Assembly: GCA_965221155.1 (NCBI GenBank) | Contig: OZ244869.1 | Span: 1,541,308-1,605,307 of the forward strand | Direction: 5' to 3' | Length of the DNA: 64,000 nucleotides | DNA from: an uncultured Candidatus Binatia bacterium | Lineage (GTDB): Bacteria > Desulfobacterota > Binatia > UBA9968 > JAJDTQ01 | Part shown: piece after piece, positions 19,277 through 28,953 of the stretch | Layout: the number at the start of each line of letters is the position of its first letter | Position numbering within the stretch: the first letter of the stretch is position 1 | Notes under the pieces: model-generated | The model's input: only the letters and a program-made list of their open reading frames with translations | Database searches by the model: none | What the model was told of the DNA's origin: nothing | Program-made: the position numbers and the translations under genes

Positions 19277-19538
19277 TGTAGGAATCGCGGATCTCTTCAT
19301 CCTGCAAGAGCGTGGTTGATGAGGCCGCACAGACGGTCGACCGCTGTGAAAACGCCAAGGCTGTCGGGGCTCGGCTCCGAGGTGTATTTTCGAAGAAGAC
19401 GATATCCTCGCTCCGGCCGTCCACGTGCACTTCCGGGGTAACGCGACGGATTGTCCCGACGACCATATGACGGGTTGGTGTTCTTTGGAGGATAGCGGCG
19501 GAAGTGAGTGGGCTGGAGCGGCAACGTTCTGACCGCGG

Positions 19539-19829
19539 CTATAGATGTCGCCCTACATCCATGCTCTGGTGCAAAATACGGATGATCTCCACAACGCCCG
19601 ATTGTATGCGGAAAAACATCACGTGCGACCCGACAGTGACCTTGCGGTAACCCTGACGGACGTCCTCGGCCGATCGGCTCACCATCTTGCCTTTGCTCAA
19701 CGCCTCACACGCCGCTTGAATATTGCGCGTGTAGTCCTCGGCTTGCGCCTCGCCCCAATGCCTGACGGTATAATCCCAAATGCTTTCGAGATCAGCCCGG
19801 GCGGCCGGGGACAGCGTATATCCCGCCAT
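19539..19829 (-). CDS. parE: type II toxin ParE/RelE family
   Basis: 96-aa ORF; ParE-like (LSPAARADLESIWDYTVRHWGEAQAEDY...FFRIQSGVVEIIRILHQSMD). Confidence 0.8.
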   Translation of the reverse strand: MAGYTLSPAARADLESIWDYTVRHWGEAQAEDYTRNIQAACEALSKGKMVSRSAEDVRQGYRKVTVGSHVMFFRIQSGVVEIIRILHQSMDVGRHL

Positions 19830-19834
19830 GCCGT

Positions 19835-20071
19835 CTAAGTGGATTTCTTGCGGGCGATGAACGCATCGAAGTCAAACGGTGTCGCCGGGCCGGATTGCTC
19901 CCCTTCGACGAGGGCTTCCCTCAAGACTTCAACCTTGGCTTCGTGCTCTTCCAGCAGCCGCAGCCCGGCACGCACCACATCGCTGGCCGAGTTGTAACGA
20001 CCGGACTCAACACGCTCGTCAATGAAACCTATGAAGTGGTCCCCGAGAGAAACCGATGTGTTGCGCGGCAT
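19835..20071 (-). CDS. parD: type II antitoxin ParD (RHH/CopG-like)
   Basis: 78-aa ORF; 6-nt gap to parE; AAGGAGG RBS; (SVSLGDHFIGFIDERVESGRYNSASDVVRAGLRLLEE). Confidence 0.7.
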   Translation of the reverse strand: MPRNTSVSLGDHFIGFIDERVESGRYNSASDVVRAGLRLLEEHEAKVEVLREALVEGEQSGPATPFDFDAFIARKKST

Positions 20072-20182
20072 GAGCGCACCTCCTTAACACATAATATACC
20101 AAAAATTGGTAAAATTGGAAGGTTTGCGATTGGCTCTATCAGTATGGCCAATTCTGCTACGGTTCAGCTAAAGTGGGTGAAC

Positions 20183-22267
20183 ATGAACGGCTCACCAATC
20201 GAGTACCGGCTCGGCATCGACGTGGGCGGCACCTTCGTCGACTTCGCGCTCTGCGACAGCGGCGGCGAGATGGCCGTCCACAAGGTGCCGGCCGAACCGG
20301 CGGATCTGGCCGGGTCCATCATGCGCGGCATCGCGGACTTGGCGGTGCAGCGCGGGACCGACGTCAGGACTTTCCTCGGGGGTATGGACCTCGTGGTCCA
20401 CGGCACGACCGTAGCGACCAACGCGATTCTTACCGGCGCCGGCAGCCGCACCGGACTCATCACCACCAAGGGCACCCGCGATGCCCTCGAGATGCGCCGT
20501 GGTATCAAGGAGGAACCCCTCGACAACAAGTACGAACCTCCGCCACCTCTGGTCCCGCGCTATCTGAGGCTCCCTGTCCACGGGCGCGTGGACTGGAGCG
20601 GCAACGTCCTGGAGGATCTGGATGCGGGCTCGCTCGAGGCGGCCGTCCAGGCCCTCAAAGCGCATGAGGTCGAGGCGGTGGCCCTGTGTCTCATGCATGC
20701 CTACGCCAACGACGCACACGAGCGGCGGGTCGCGGAGCGGCTGCGCGAGGCGCTGCCGGATGTCTATCTCACCGTTTCCTCGGAGTTGCTGCCGCAGTTG
20801 GGCTACTACAACCGCGTGAGCACGGCGGTGCTGAACAGCTACGTGGGTCCGCTGCTGAAGTCGTACCTACAATCACTGGCGACCCGTCTCGCGGACGCGG
20901 GTTTCGCGGGACAATTGCTGATCATGAACTCGGCGGCCGGGCTGATGGCGCCGGAGGAGATTGTCCCGCGCGCTGCCGCCGCGCTCCTGTCCGGTCCGGC
21001 GGCGGCGCCGGTGGCGGCGCGGGTCTACGCGGGTGCCGCGGGAGCGTCCCACTGCGCGGTCATCGACATGGGCGGCACCAGTCTGGATATCTCCCTGGCG
21101 TCGGGCGGTGAGCCTTTGGAGGTGACCGAGGGGCGCGTCGGACGGTACGCCACGGCGCTGCCGATGATCGACATCCGAACCCTCGGCGCGGGCGGCGGCA
21201 GCATCGCCCGGATCGACGCGGGCGGCGGCCTGCAGGTGGGTCCCCAGAGCGCGCGGGCCTCCCCCGGACCGGCGTGCTACGGCAAGGGCGGGGAGCTGCC
21301 CACCTGCACGGACGTGGACCTGCTGCTGGGTTACCTCGATCCCGACTACTTTCTCGGCGGCCGCATGGAACTCCTGCGGGAACCGGCGGAGCGGGCGGTG
21401 CGGGAGCATCTGGCCGGGCCGTTGGCCATTCCCGTGGAGGAGGCGGCGGTGGCGGCCTTCGAGGTGATCAACGCCGGCATGGCCGCGGGGGTCCGCGACA
21501 TGATCGTGGATCACGGCCTCGATCCCGAGGCAATGCCCATGGTGGTGGGTGGAGGCGCCGGGCCGGTGCATGCGGCGTCGGTGGCCATGGAGTTGGGCAT
21601 ACGGGACGTGATCGTGCCGCGGCAGTCCGGGGTATTCTGTGCGGTGGGGATGTTGTTCGCCGATCTCAAGCACGACATGGTGCGGAGCTGCTGCGCCTCC
21701 ATCGACCAACTGGACCCGGAACGCTGGCGGGAGCTCTTTGCCGGCATGGGGGACCAGGGGCGGAGCACGTTGGTGTCCGAAGGTGCGCGTCCGGAAGAGG
21801 TGGAGGTGCGCTACTCCGCGGATGTGCGTTACCTGCGCCAGATCCACGAGCTCAGCCTGCCGGTGGACGAGAGCCTGGCGGAGCGGTTGGAGATGGACGA
21901 CTTGCACGACCGCTTCGACGCCCTCCACGAGCGGCTGTTCGGCTACCGTCTCCCGGAAGAGCCGCTGGAGGTGGTCAACCTGCGCACCCGGTGCGTCGCC
22001 CGCAGGCCCCGGCCGGAGCTGCCCCGCGCCCGGATGGCCGCAGCAGCGACGCCAGCGCCCACCGGGGTGCGGCAGGCCTACAGCCCGGGGGAAATGTGCT
22101 TCCGGGAGTTCGCGGTGTACCGCGGGGACTCCCTGGGCGGCGGCTGCACCTTGTGGGGGCCGGCCATCGTGGAGTTGCCGCAGACCACCGTCGTCGTGCC
22201 GTCGGTGTTCGCCGTACGTGTGGATGAGGCGGGGAGCTTCGTACTAAGCCGGGCCGACGGCACGTAG
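20183..22267 (+). CDS. hyuA: hydantoinase/oxoprolinase family protein, A subunit
   Basis: N-terminal GIDVGGTFVDF ASKHA-fold motif; ~695 aa from MNGSP (alternative ATG at 20144). Confidence 0.85.
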   Translation: MNGSPIEYRLGIDVGGTFVDFALCDSGGEMAVHKVPAEPADLAGSIMRGIADLAVQRGTDVRTFLGGMDLVVHGTTVATNAILTGAGSRTGLITTKGTRDALEMRRGIKEEPLDNKYEPPPPLVPRYLRLPVHGRVDWSGNVLEDLDAGSLEAAVQALKAHEVEAVALCLMHAYANDAHERRVAERLREALPDVYLTVSSELLPQLGYYNRVSTAVLNSYVGPLLKSYLQSLATRLADAGFAGQLLIMNSAAGLMAPEEIVPRAAAALLSGPAAAPVAARVYAGAAGASHCAVIDMGGTSLDISLASGGEPLEVTEGRVGRYATALPMIDIRTLGAGGGSIARIDAGGGLQVGPQSARASPGPACYGKGGELPTCTDVDLLLGYLDPDYFLGGRMELLREPAERAVREHLAGPLAIPVEEAAVAAFEVINAGMAAGVRDMIVDHGLDPEAMPMVVGGGAGPVHAASVAMELGIRDVIVPRQSGVFCAVGMLFADLKHDMVRSCCASIDQLDPERWRELFAGMGDQGRSTLVSEGARPEEVEVRYSADVRYLRQIHELSLPVDESLAERLEMDDLHDRFDALHERLFGYRLPEEPLEVVNLRTRCVARRPRPELPRARMAAAATPAPTGVRQAYSPGEMCFREFAVYRGDSLGGGCTLWGPAIVELPQTTVVVPSVFAVRVDEAGSFVLSRADGT

Positions 22268-22293
22268 CGGATGCGCAGGGCATGCGATAAGAC

Positions 22294-22367
22294 GTAGGTC
22301 GGATTAGCGAAGCGTAATCCGACATGGGGTGGGGTGTCGGGTTACGCCTTCGGCTAACCCGACCTAC
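22294..22367. repeat. REP-like element, family B (composite of two hairpins)
   Basis: GTAGG-TCGGATTAGCGAAGCGTAATCCGA-CATG...TCGGGTTACGCCTTCGGCTAACCCGA-CCTAC in the hyuA-hyuB intergenic region. Confidence 0.6.
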
Positions 22368-22413
22368 GTCGGAGTAGGAGAGCGTTTCCTGGGGAAGCAA
22401 TGGAGAGTTCGCC

Positions 22414-24165
22414 ATGACCCTAGAGCTCACGCAGTCGGCCCGCACGGTGGTGTTCCAGCGGCGGGTGAAGTCCCTTGCCCACGAGATGGCACGGGCGCTG
22501 TACCGCAGCAGCCGCTCGCCGCTCATCAACAACGGCGACTTCGCGCTGGGGTTCCTGGACGCCCGGGGGCGGATGCTGGAGCAGGACGAGCACCTGCCGC
22601 TGATGGCGTTTTCCCTGTACCCGGGCTGCGGTTACCTGATGGATTTCTTCGGCGACGACATTCACGATGGGGACATCTTCATCCACAACGACGTCTGGTG
22701 CGCCAACCTGCAGCACGCGGACGTGGGGTTCTACAAGCCGGTCTTCGCGGACGACGAGCTGGTGGCGTGGACCGCATGCCGGGGCCACTGGGCGGACATC
22801 GGGGGCGCGGTCAAGGGCACCTGCAATCCGGAGGCGGTGGAGGTCCATCAGGAGGCCCTGCGCATCCCTGCGGTCAAACTGTGGGAAAAGGGCCGGCTCC
22901 GGCGCGACGTGTGGGAGCTGATCTTCGCCAACGTCCGGCTGCGGGACATCGTCGAGGCCGACGCCCAGGCGCAACTGGGAAGCTGCACCGTTGGGGAACG
23001 GCGCCTGCTCGCGTTGATGGAGGCGGAAGGCGCCGAAGCCTTTGGCGCCAACGTCGAGCGCCTCTATGACATGACCGAGCGGCGGGTCCGAGCCGAGATC
23101 GCGGCGTTGCCCGACGGCGAATACTTCGGCGAGAGCACCATCTACCAGGACGAGCCCGGCAATCCGTCAACTTCCAGGATCGCCGTACGGGTGGTGATCC
23201 GGGGGGACAGCATCGCTTTCGACTATTCGGGCACGGACCCGCAGACCCACACCTTCACCAATGCCTCCCTGACGTCCACGACTTCGGCCACCCTGACCAC
23301 GCTGCTCTACCTGTTGAGCCCCGAGGTGCTCCACAACCATGGGCTGGTGCGCGCAGTGGACATCCACGCGCCCGAGGGATCGATCCTGAACGCGCAATAT
23401 CCGGCGGCCACGTTCATGGGCAACAAGCTGTGCCAGCACACCGGCGAGGCCATCATGCTGGCGCTGCGCGAAGCGCTTCCCGAGCGGATCACGGCACCCT
23501 GGGGCCGGCGCCTGTCCTACCGCATGACCGGCAAGGACCCACGCAACGGGCGCGGCTTTCACGACATTTTCTTCCTGACCTACGAGGGGGGCGGCGCCAC
23601 CCACGGGGTCGACGGCTACAACCAGCCTGGGCTCATGGGCGGCGGCAACGTGCTGGCGCAGGACTACGAGACCTTCGAGGTGCAGAATCCGGTGCACCTC
23701 ATCGAGCACGAGTACGTGACCGACTCGGCCGGTTCGGGCCGGTGGCGCGGAGGGCTGGGAACCCGCACCCGGGTGCGGTACTACGGCGAGGAAACCGGCG
23801 GGTCCACCCACGGCGACGGCACCATGGAACCGTCCCCGGGTGTCCTGGGGGGTGGCGCCGGGACGCTAAATCAAGTCGAGTTCCAGTTTCCCGAGGGCGA
23901 GCGCCGGAAGGCACACGCCATGGAGATTATCCCCGACATCCCGCCGGGCACGGTTTCGGTGCATGACGGCGGCGGAGGCGGCGGTTACGGACCGCCGGTG
24001 GAGCGGGACCTCCAGCGGGTGGACGACGACCTGCGCAACGGATTCATCTCCGGTAAGGCCGCGGTCGAGGTCTACGGCGCGGTGCTGACGCCGGACGGCG
24101 CCGCGGTGGATTTCGAGGCGTCGCGCAAGCGGCGGAAAGCCGCGTCTGGCCGCCTGTTCGAGTAG
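22414..24165 (+). CDS. hyuB: hydantoinase B/oxoprolinase family protein
   Basis: 583-aa ORF; HyuB-like N-terminus (NNGDFALGFLDARG...). Confidence 0.85.
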   Translation: MTLELTQSARTVVFQRRVKSLAHEMARALYRSSRSPLINNGDFALGFLDARGRMLEQDEHLPLMAFSLYPGCGYLMDFFGDDIHDGDIFIHNDVWCANLQHADVGFYKPVFADDELVAWTACRGHWADIGGAVKGTCNPEAVEVHQEALRIPAVKLWEKGRLRRDVWELIFANVRLRDIVEADAQAQLGSCTVGERRLLALMEAEGAEAFGANVERLYDMTERRVRAEIAALPDGEYFGESTIYQDEPGNPSTSRIAVRVVIRGDSIAFDYSGTDPQTHTFTNASLTSTTSATLTTLLYLLSPEVLHNHGLVRAVDIHAPEGSILNAQYPAATFMGNKLCQHTGEAIMLALREALPERITAPWGRRLSYRMTGKDPRNGRGFHDIFFLTYEGGGATHGVDGYNQPGLMGGGNVLAQDYETFEVQNPVHLIEHEYVTDSAGSGRWRGGLGTRTRVRYYGEETGGSTHGDGTMEPSPGVLGGGAGTLNQVEFQFPEGERRKAHAMEIIPDIPPGTVSVHDGGGGGGYGPPVERDLQRVDDDLRNGFISGKAAVEVYGAVLTPDGAAVDFEASRKRRKAASGRLFE

Positions 24166-24212
24166 GGGCGACCGGCGGTCGCCCCTGCGGGAATCCACCG
24201 CCCCGTAGGCGA

Positions 24213-25037
24213 CTACTCACGCGTCTTGGTGAACGAGCCCACGCCGGGCCGGTATTCCTTGGCGAGGAACTTCTCGATCCCCTCGCCGCCGCGGCCGCTC
24301 TGCTGGTGCTTCCAGCGTAGTTCGTTGCTCTTGCTCATGAGGAACCAGTAGGCCTGGTCGTAGGACATGTCCACCACCTGCTTGAACGCTTCCTTGGTGG
24401 CCCGCACCGCGGCCTCATCCAGGGACGCCAGGTGCGCCGCCAGCGCCATGACCTCTTCCCGGAGCCGCGCGGCCGGCACGGCTTCGTTGACGAGCCGGAC
24501 TTCCGCGGCGCGCCGGCCGTCGAAGGTCTTGCCGGTCATGGCGAAGTAGAGGGCATCGCGGTACGGCATCAGGGTGCTGACGACCTTGGACACCAGCCCG
24601 GCCGGCAGCGCGCCCCAGTTCACCTCGCTCAGCCCGAACACCGCGTTGTCGGCAGCCAGGGCGAAATCACAGGAAGCCACGATGGTGAAGGCGCCGCCGA
24701 AGCAGTGCCCGTTCACCATGGCGATGGTGGGCTTGGGAAACATCCGCAGCATGCGGTCGCACGACTCGTTGGCGATGCGCCGGTTGATGTGACGCTCGGC
24801 GTCCGCGTCGTCGACGTCGTGGAAGTATTCCTTGAGGTCCATGCCCGAGCAGAAGGCCGGCGGCGCGCCGGTCACCACCAGCACCCGCGCTTCTGGGTCC
24901 CGCTCCACCTCGGTCAAGACGTCGATCATCTCCCGGTGCATCAGCGGGTTCATGGCGTTGCGCTTCTCCGGACGGTTCAGCACAACGGTGGTCACCACGC
25001 CTTCCTTTTCGATCGCGACGGTCCGGTAGTTCGACAT
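24213..25037 (-). CDS. enoyl-CoA hydratase/isomerase (crotonase) family protein
   Basis: 274-aa ORF; crotonase fold (VVLNRPEKRNAMN...VVTGAPPAFCSGMDL...FGGAFTIV). Confidence 0.85.
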   Translation of the reverse strand: MSNYRTVAIEKEGVVTTVVLNRPEKRNAMNPLMHREMIDVLTEVERDPEARVLVVTGAPPAFCSGMDLKEYFHDVDDADAERHINRRIANESCDRMLRMFPKPTIAMVNGHCFGGAFTIVASCDFALAADNAVFGLSEVNWGALPAGLVSKVVSTLMPYRDALYFAMTGKTFDGRRAAEVRLVNEAVPAARLREEVMALAAHLASLDEAAVRATKEAFKQVVDMSYDQAYWFLMSKSNELRWKHQQSGRGGEGIEKFLAKEYRPGVGSFTKTRE

Positions 25038-25059
25038 GGCGGCTCCTCGACGTCTCGGA

Positions 25060-26055
25060 CTAGGCCAGCCCCGCTTTCTCGATGATCAGCTTGGCCAACT
25101 TCCTGAAATCGTGGCGTGCATCTTGGACCGCGGCAGCATGGCTCCCGATCGCCCCGTCCGCGGTGGTGAGATCGAAGATCGGCTTGCGGCTCTCCTGCCC
25201 CATCGGAACCAGGCTCCGGTAATGCTTGACGGTGGCGAGGCAATGCTCGTCTTCCTGCGGCGAAGCCCGGAACGGGGCATTTTGTCCGAGCAGATTGCGG
25301 GCATATTCTTCCGGCATCCGGTTGACCCATCGGTCATACGCCTTGACCGGCCGGCTCAATCGGACACTATGCTGTTGAACGATGTAACCTAGAGGTTCCA
25401 TCCTGCCCGCGGGCAACGGGAATTTCGGGGATTCCCAGTTCTCTTGCCGTTTTGTCCAATCCTCGCGCCAGCGCCTGAGGGTCGGGCCGAGGTTGCGAAG
25501 ACCTTGGAGTGAGAATAGATCGGCCCCGAGTGGAACGACGACGTGATCCGTGGCGATGAGGGCAGAACGATTGATTGCACCCAAGTTGGGACCCACATCC
25601 GCTAGAATGACCGTGGCGTCCATTTCTTTCGCTCCTTTTTGCATGACTGTCCAGAACGAGGTGAGGATCCGAAAAGGACGGTACAGGTTGCCGGAGCCGA
25701 GCGCGTCCGGCCACTCTCCTGATAGTGTGTCCTCGAAGCCGGATAGGGCGAGGTCACCCGGTATCAGGTTGAGGTTCGGAGCAATTTCCTGCAATGCAGG
25801 GGGCAACAAATCACCAACCTCCAACAGAGGCTTCACGCACTTGAAAATGGTCTTGCCGCTGCCGTTTCCGCCATCCCAGAGCCCTTCGAGTTGCCCTTCA
25901 TTGAGAAACGCGGCAGAAAGGTTTGCCTGCGGGTCCAGATCGCAAGTGAGCACCCGGTGACCAGTTTGCGACAGGATCCATGCCAAGTGGTAGACAAGTG
26001 AGGTTTTTCCGACACCTCCCTTGTTGTTGAAGAAGGTCAAGACAGGGATGTTCAT
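25060..26055 (-). CDS. ParA/MinD-family ATPase with ~100-aa C-terminal extension
   Basis: deviant Walker A KGGVGKTS; Walker B-region (VILADVGP) and VVPLGADLFS; 331 aa. Confidence 0.7.
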   Translation of the reverse strand: MNIPVLTFFNNKGGVGKTSLVYHLAWILSQTGHRVLTCDLDPQANLSAAFLNEGQLEGLWDGGNGSGKTIFKCVKPLLEVGDLLPPALQEIAPNLNLIPGDLALSGFEDTLSGEWPDALGSGNLYRPFRILTSFWTVMQKGAKEMDATVILADVGPNLGAINRSALIATDHVVVPLGADLFSLQGLRNLGPTLRRWREDWTKRQENWESPKFPLPAGRMEPLGYIVQQHSVRLSRPVKAYDRWVNRMPEEYARNLLGQNAPFRASPQEDEHCLATVKHYRSLVPMGQESRKPIFDLTTADGAIGSHAAAVQDARHDFRKLAKLIIEKAGLA

Positions 26056-27305
26056 GATGAGCGTCCTCGGATGGTCACCTGTACGAAGGCGTCCTCCACG
26101 ACGAATTCCGGTTCAAGGTTACCGTTGTCTCTCAGCTCCTTCCTCGCTGTGGCGATGCCGACGCCAAATCGTTGAACAAAGCCCATGACCTTCATTGCTT
26201 CCGCCAGGTTTGGATTGCGATAGTCGGTCACACCGGGACGCCCGAAGTTTTCCCGAGTCACCACTCCAAACGCGCCGCCCGGGTTGTGGACTTCGATGCG
26301 GTTGTTGAACCAAGTAATGCGGACAGGGGCATTGGTGGCCTCGTAGGCGCGGTGCATCACCGCATTGCGTGTCACTTGTTGGAGCGCGGCAAGCGGATAG
26401 GTTGATTCCCGTAACTCCGTATCGAAGCCGGTCAGGTCCACGCCCGTGCTGATGTGTGCCTTCATCTTGTCGTCAATCCGCCGTAGTATCTCCGGGATCG
26501 TACCGTCGATAGTCTCATGGTCGATGATGCTGTCCGATAGTTCGACCCCGTCGATACGCAGGAACTCCACAAAGGAGTTGGGGATATAGTCGCGGGGTCG
26601 TTTTCCAAGTACCAGAAGGCCCAGCACGGTGGCCGTCGGAACATCCGAGGATGCAATCATTTTTGTCGTGGCAAGGCGCTGGTCGGCGCTTCGCTCGTTC
26701 GCTTCGAGCGTCTCCGCGCTGAAAGCGTTGGGGAGGTATTCCTCTTCGAAGCGGCTGATGCTCAGGTCGGAGACCGTAGCCCCAGGCACAGGTTGAATGT
26801 CGAACGGGAGGAACTGCCCGCGGCGTCTCTCATTGAGAATGCGTTCGTCCTGGTCCGTGGCTATGCCCCTTCGAGGGCCGCTCCGTACGTGAATGGCACC
26901 CTTGTAGCGAACCGGGGGAGAGTCCGACGGTAGTACGGTGACGACGGCGACATCCATCCCTCTGAGCCTTCGTTTCTCCACAAGCATGGAAGGTGGAGGG
27001 ACAATGTTGCCGTCTGTCTTGATATCGCTGAGTCGGGTCAGCAACTGGTCGGTGACGTCGATTTCCATCGGCTCACCATTGTCCTTGACGCCAACAAAGA
27101 CGACACCCGGCTGCCCCAAACTTGGCAGGTCATTGGCGAAGGAACAGACCGCCTCACGGATGCTCGTTGGCGCGTTGCCATCCAGTCTTTCCTTGTAGTC
27201 GACACGGAAACTCTCCCCTTGGTCCAAGATACTTTCCAGTTCCGAATCATCCAGTCTCATCGCGACGCCTCTCAATGTAGAAGGATATGTTGAAAGACCG
27301 GACAT
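26052..27305 (-). CDS. Schlafen/AlbA_2 (divergent AAA) plus HATPase_c_4 domain protein
   Basis: N-terminal AlbA_2 pattern (LESILDQGESFRVDYKE...AVCSFANDLPSLGQPGVVFVGVKDNG); C-terminal HATPase_c_4 (NAVMHRAYEATNAPVRITWFNNRIEVHNPG); 4-nt ATGA overlap with the ParA-like gene. Confidence 0.6.
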   Translation of the reverse strand: MSGLSTYPSTLRGVAMRLDDSELESILDQGESFRVDYKERLDGNAPTSIREAVCSFANDLPSLGQPGVVFVGVKDNGEPMEIDVTDQLLTRLSDIKTDGNIVPPPSMLVEKRRLRGMDVAVVTVLPSDSPPVRYKGAIHVRSGPRRGIATDQDERILNERRRGQFLPFDIQPVPGATVSDLSISRFEEEYLPNAFSAETLEANERSADQRLATTKMIASSDVPTATVLGLLVLGKRPRDYIPNSFVEFLRIDGVELSDSIIDHETIDGTIPEILRRIDDKMKAHISTGVDLTGFDTELRESTYPLAALQQVTRNAVMHRAYEATNAPVRITWFNNRIEVHNPGGAFGVVTRENFGRPGVTDYRNPNLAEAMKVMGFVQRFGVGIATARKELRDNGNLEPEFVVEDAFVQVTIRGRSS

Positions 27306-27465
27306 TGCCAGCCAACCGCTCCGCGTCTTCTTGGGCCATTCCGGAGAGGAGCTCCGTGGGATCGGACAGGCTGCAGTTGCCGTGGTTGAATGGGTTCCAG
27401 TCGCTTGAAGGCCGTGTCAGGGTCGTGATAGATTTTTCATTATGTTGTCAAGAGGCCACCGAGAA

Positions 27466-28929
27466 ATGAAGCACCTGAAACGGGTCCTCCTTGGAGCCCT
27501 GGCCGCGCTGGTTCTGACCGGCTGTACCTCGCCCACGGGAGAACGCCCAAGGTTCCCCAAGTTGGGCGATCTCACCTCTGCCGTCACGGAACTGTTCGAG
27601 TCGGATCCGAGCTCCAAATCAAGTCCCACCGCCGCGGCGCTGTACAAGGACGGCATCGCTTTCTTCGAGCGGGGGCGCTATGCCCGGTCCATCTCGTTCT
27701 TCCAGAAGCTCCGGGACGAGTATCCCTTCAGCGAGGAAGCCGAAGCCGCCGAGTTGAAGATCGCCGAGGCCTACTACCTGAATGAGGAATACATCCAGGC
27801 CGGCGAGACCTACAAGAATTACCTCACCTTCCAACCCACGGGCCGGCACACACACTATGTCAAGTATCAGCTCGGACGGGTCAACCTGGCCCAGTTCACC
27901 GGGGTCGACCGGGACCTGGAGAAGGTCAAGGAGGCAAGAGGATATTTCGAATCCGTGGTCGAGGACCATCCCGAGTCCGAGCACGTGCCGGATGCCCGCA
28001 AGAAACTCGCCGAAACCCGGGTTCACCTGGCGGAGCGTGAGCTCTACGTCGGTAATTACTACTTGAAGGAGGAGCGGTATCCGGCGGCGCGTGAGCGCTT
28101 CGAGAGCGTGTTGCGCGACTATGCCGACACGCCGACGGCCACCAAGGCGCGGGCCGCGTTGACCCGGACGCTGGCGGCGGAAAAGGCTGCGTCGGAGAAC
28201 GGATTGGTCCCGGACCGGCAAGCGGCGGTCAAGGCGCCGGCCCAGGAGAGTGGTACGCCGGAGCCGGTGCGTTTTATCACCAAGCAAGGCTACGAGTACG
28301 AAGACGCGGCGCAAAAGAGCTGGTTCAGTTACCTGAACCCGCTCACATGGGGCCGCGGCACCGGGGAAGAGGCCGTGGGTTCCGTCGCCGCTGCCGGTGA
28401 GGCGTCGGTCTCCACCGAAGGAACGGCCGCTGCCGAAGCAACCGCTCCCGCCAAGAAAAAACGGGGTTTCTTCAGCTTTCTCAATCCGTTTTCATCCTCC
28501 GAGGAGCAGGCGGAAGAACCGGCAAAGGCGGCCCCCGCTGAAACGGCGTCCGTCAAGGCAGTGCTGGAAGGCGTTGACGAGGCTCTGGGGACAGGTTCAA
28601 AGGGCGACGCGCCCAAACCTCCGGTGAGCGGCCTTCCTCCGGAGGAGAAGGAATCGAGTCCGACCCTTGGTGATCCGGCCACGGTTCTGGGTGATATCGA
28701 TGCCCGGCTCGGCGGTGAGATAACTCCAGACAGTGCACTGCGCGCGCCGGCTGCCGATCCCGCGCTCTTCTCGGCCAAGAAGCCCAAGCCCGCCGCCCCG
28801 GAAGGCGCGGCCGAGGAAAGCCGCTCCGGACTGTTGGGGGAAATCGACCGGCAGCTCGAGCGAGAGGGCATCGGCCGGCCCCAGGAACTTCCGGATCCGC
28901 CGGCGGCATCCGAAGCCCCGGGAAGATAG
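27466..28929 (+). CDS. TPR-repeat lipoprotein, BamD-like, with long Ala/Pro/Glu-rich disordered tail
   Basis: lipobox LTGC after signal peptide; TPR region (YKDGIAFFERGRYARSISFFQKLRDEYPFSEEAEAA...); C-terminal ~250 aa low complexity. Confidence 0.55.
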   Translation: MKHLKRVLLGALAALVLTGCTSPTGERPRFPKLGDLTSAVTELFESDPSSKSSPTAAALYKDGIAFFERGRYARSISFFQKLRDEYPFSEEAEAAELKIAEAYYLNEEYIQAGETYKNYLTFQPTGRHTHYVKYQLGRVNLAQFTGVDRDLEKVKEARGYFESVVEDHPESEHVPDARKKLAETRVHLAERELYVGNYYLKEERYPAARERFESVLRDYADTPTATKARAALTRTLAAEKAASENGLVPDRQAAVKAPAQESGTPEPVRFITKQGYEYEDAAQKSWFSYLNPLTWGRGTGEEAVGSVAAAGEASVSTEGTAAAEATAPAKKKRGFFSFLNPFSSSEEQAEEPAKAAPAETASVKAVLEGVDEALGTGSKGDAPKPPVSGLPPEEKESSPTLGDPATVLGDIDARLGGEITPDSALRAPAADPALFSAKKPKPAAPEGAAEESRSGLLGEIDRQLEREGIGRPQELPDPPAASEAPGR

Positions 28930-28953
28930 CGGTAGTGGGCGTGGCCCCGGCGG

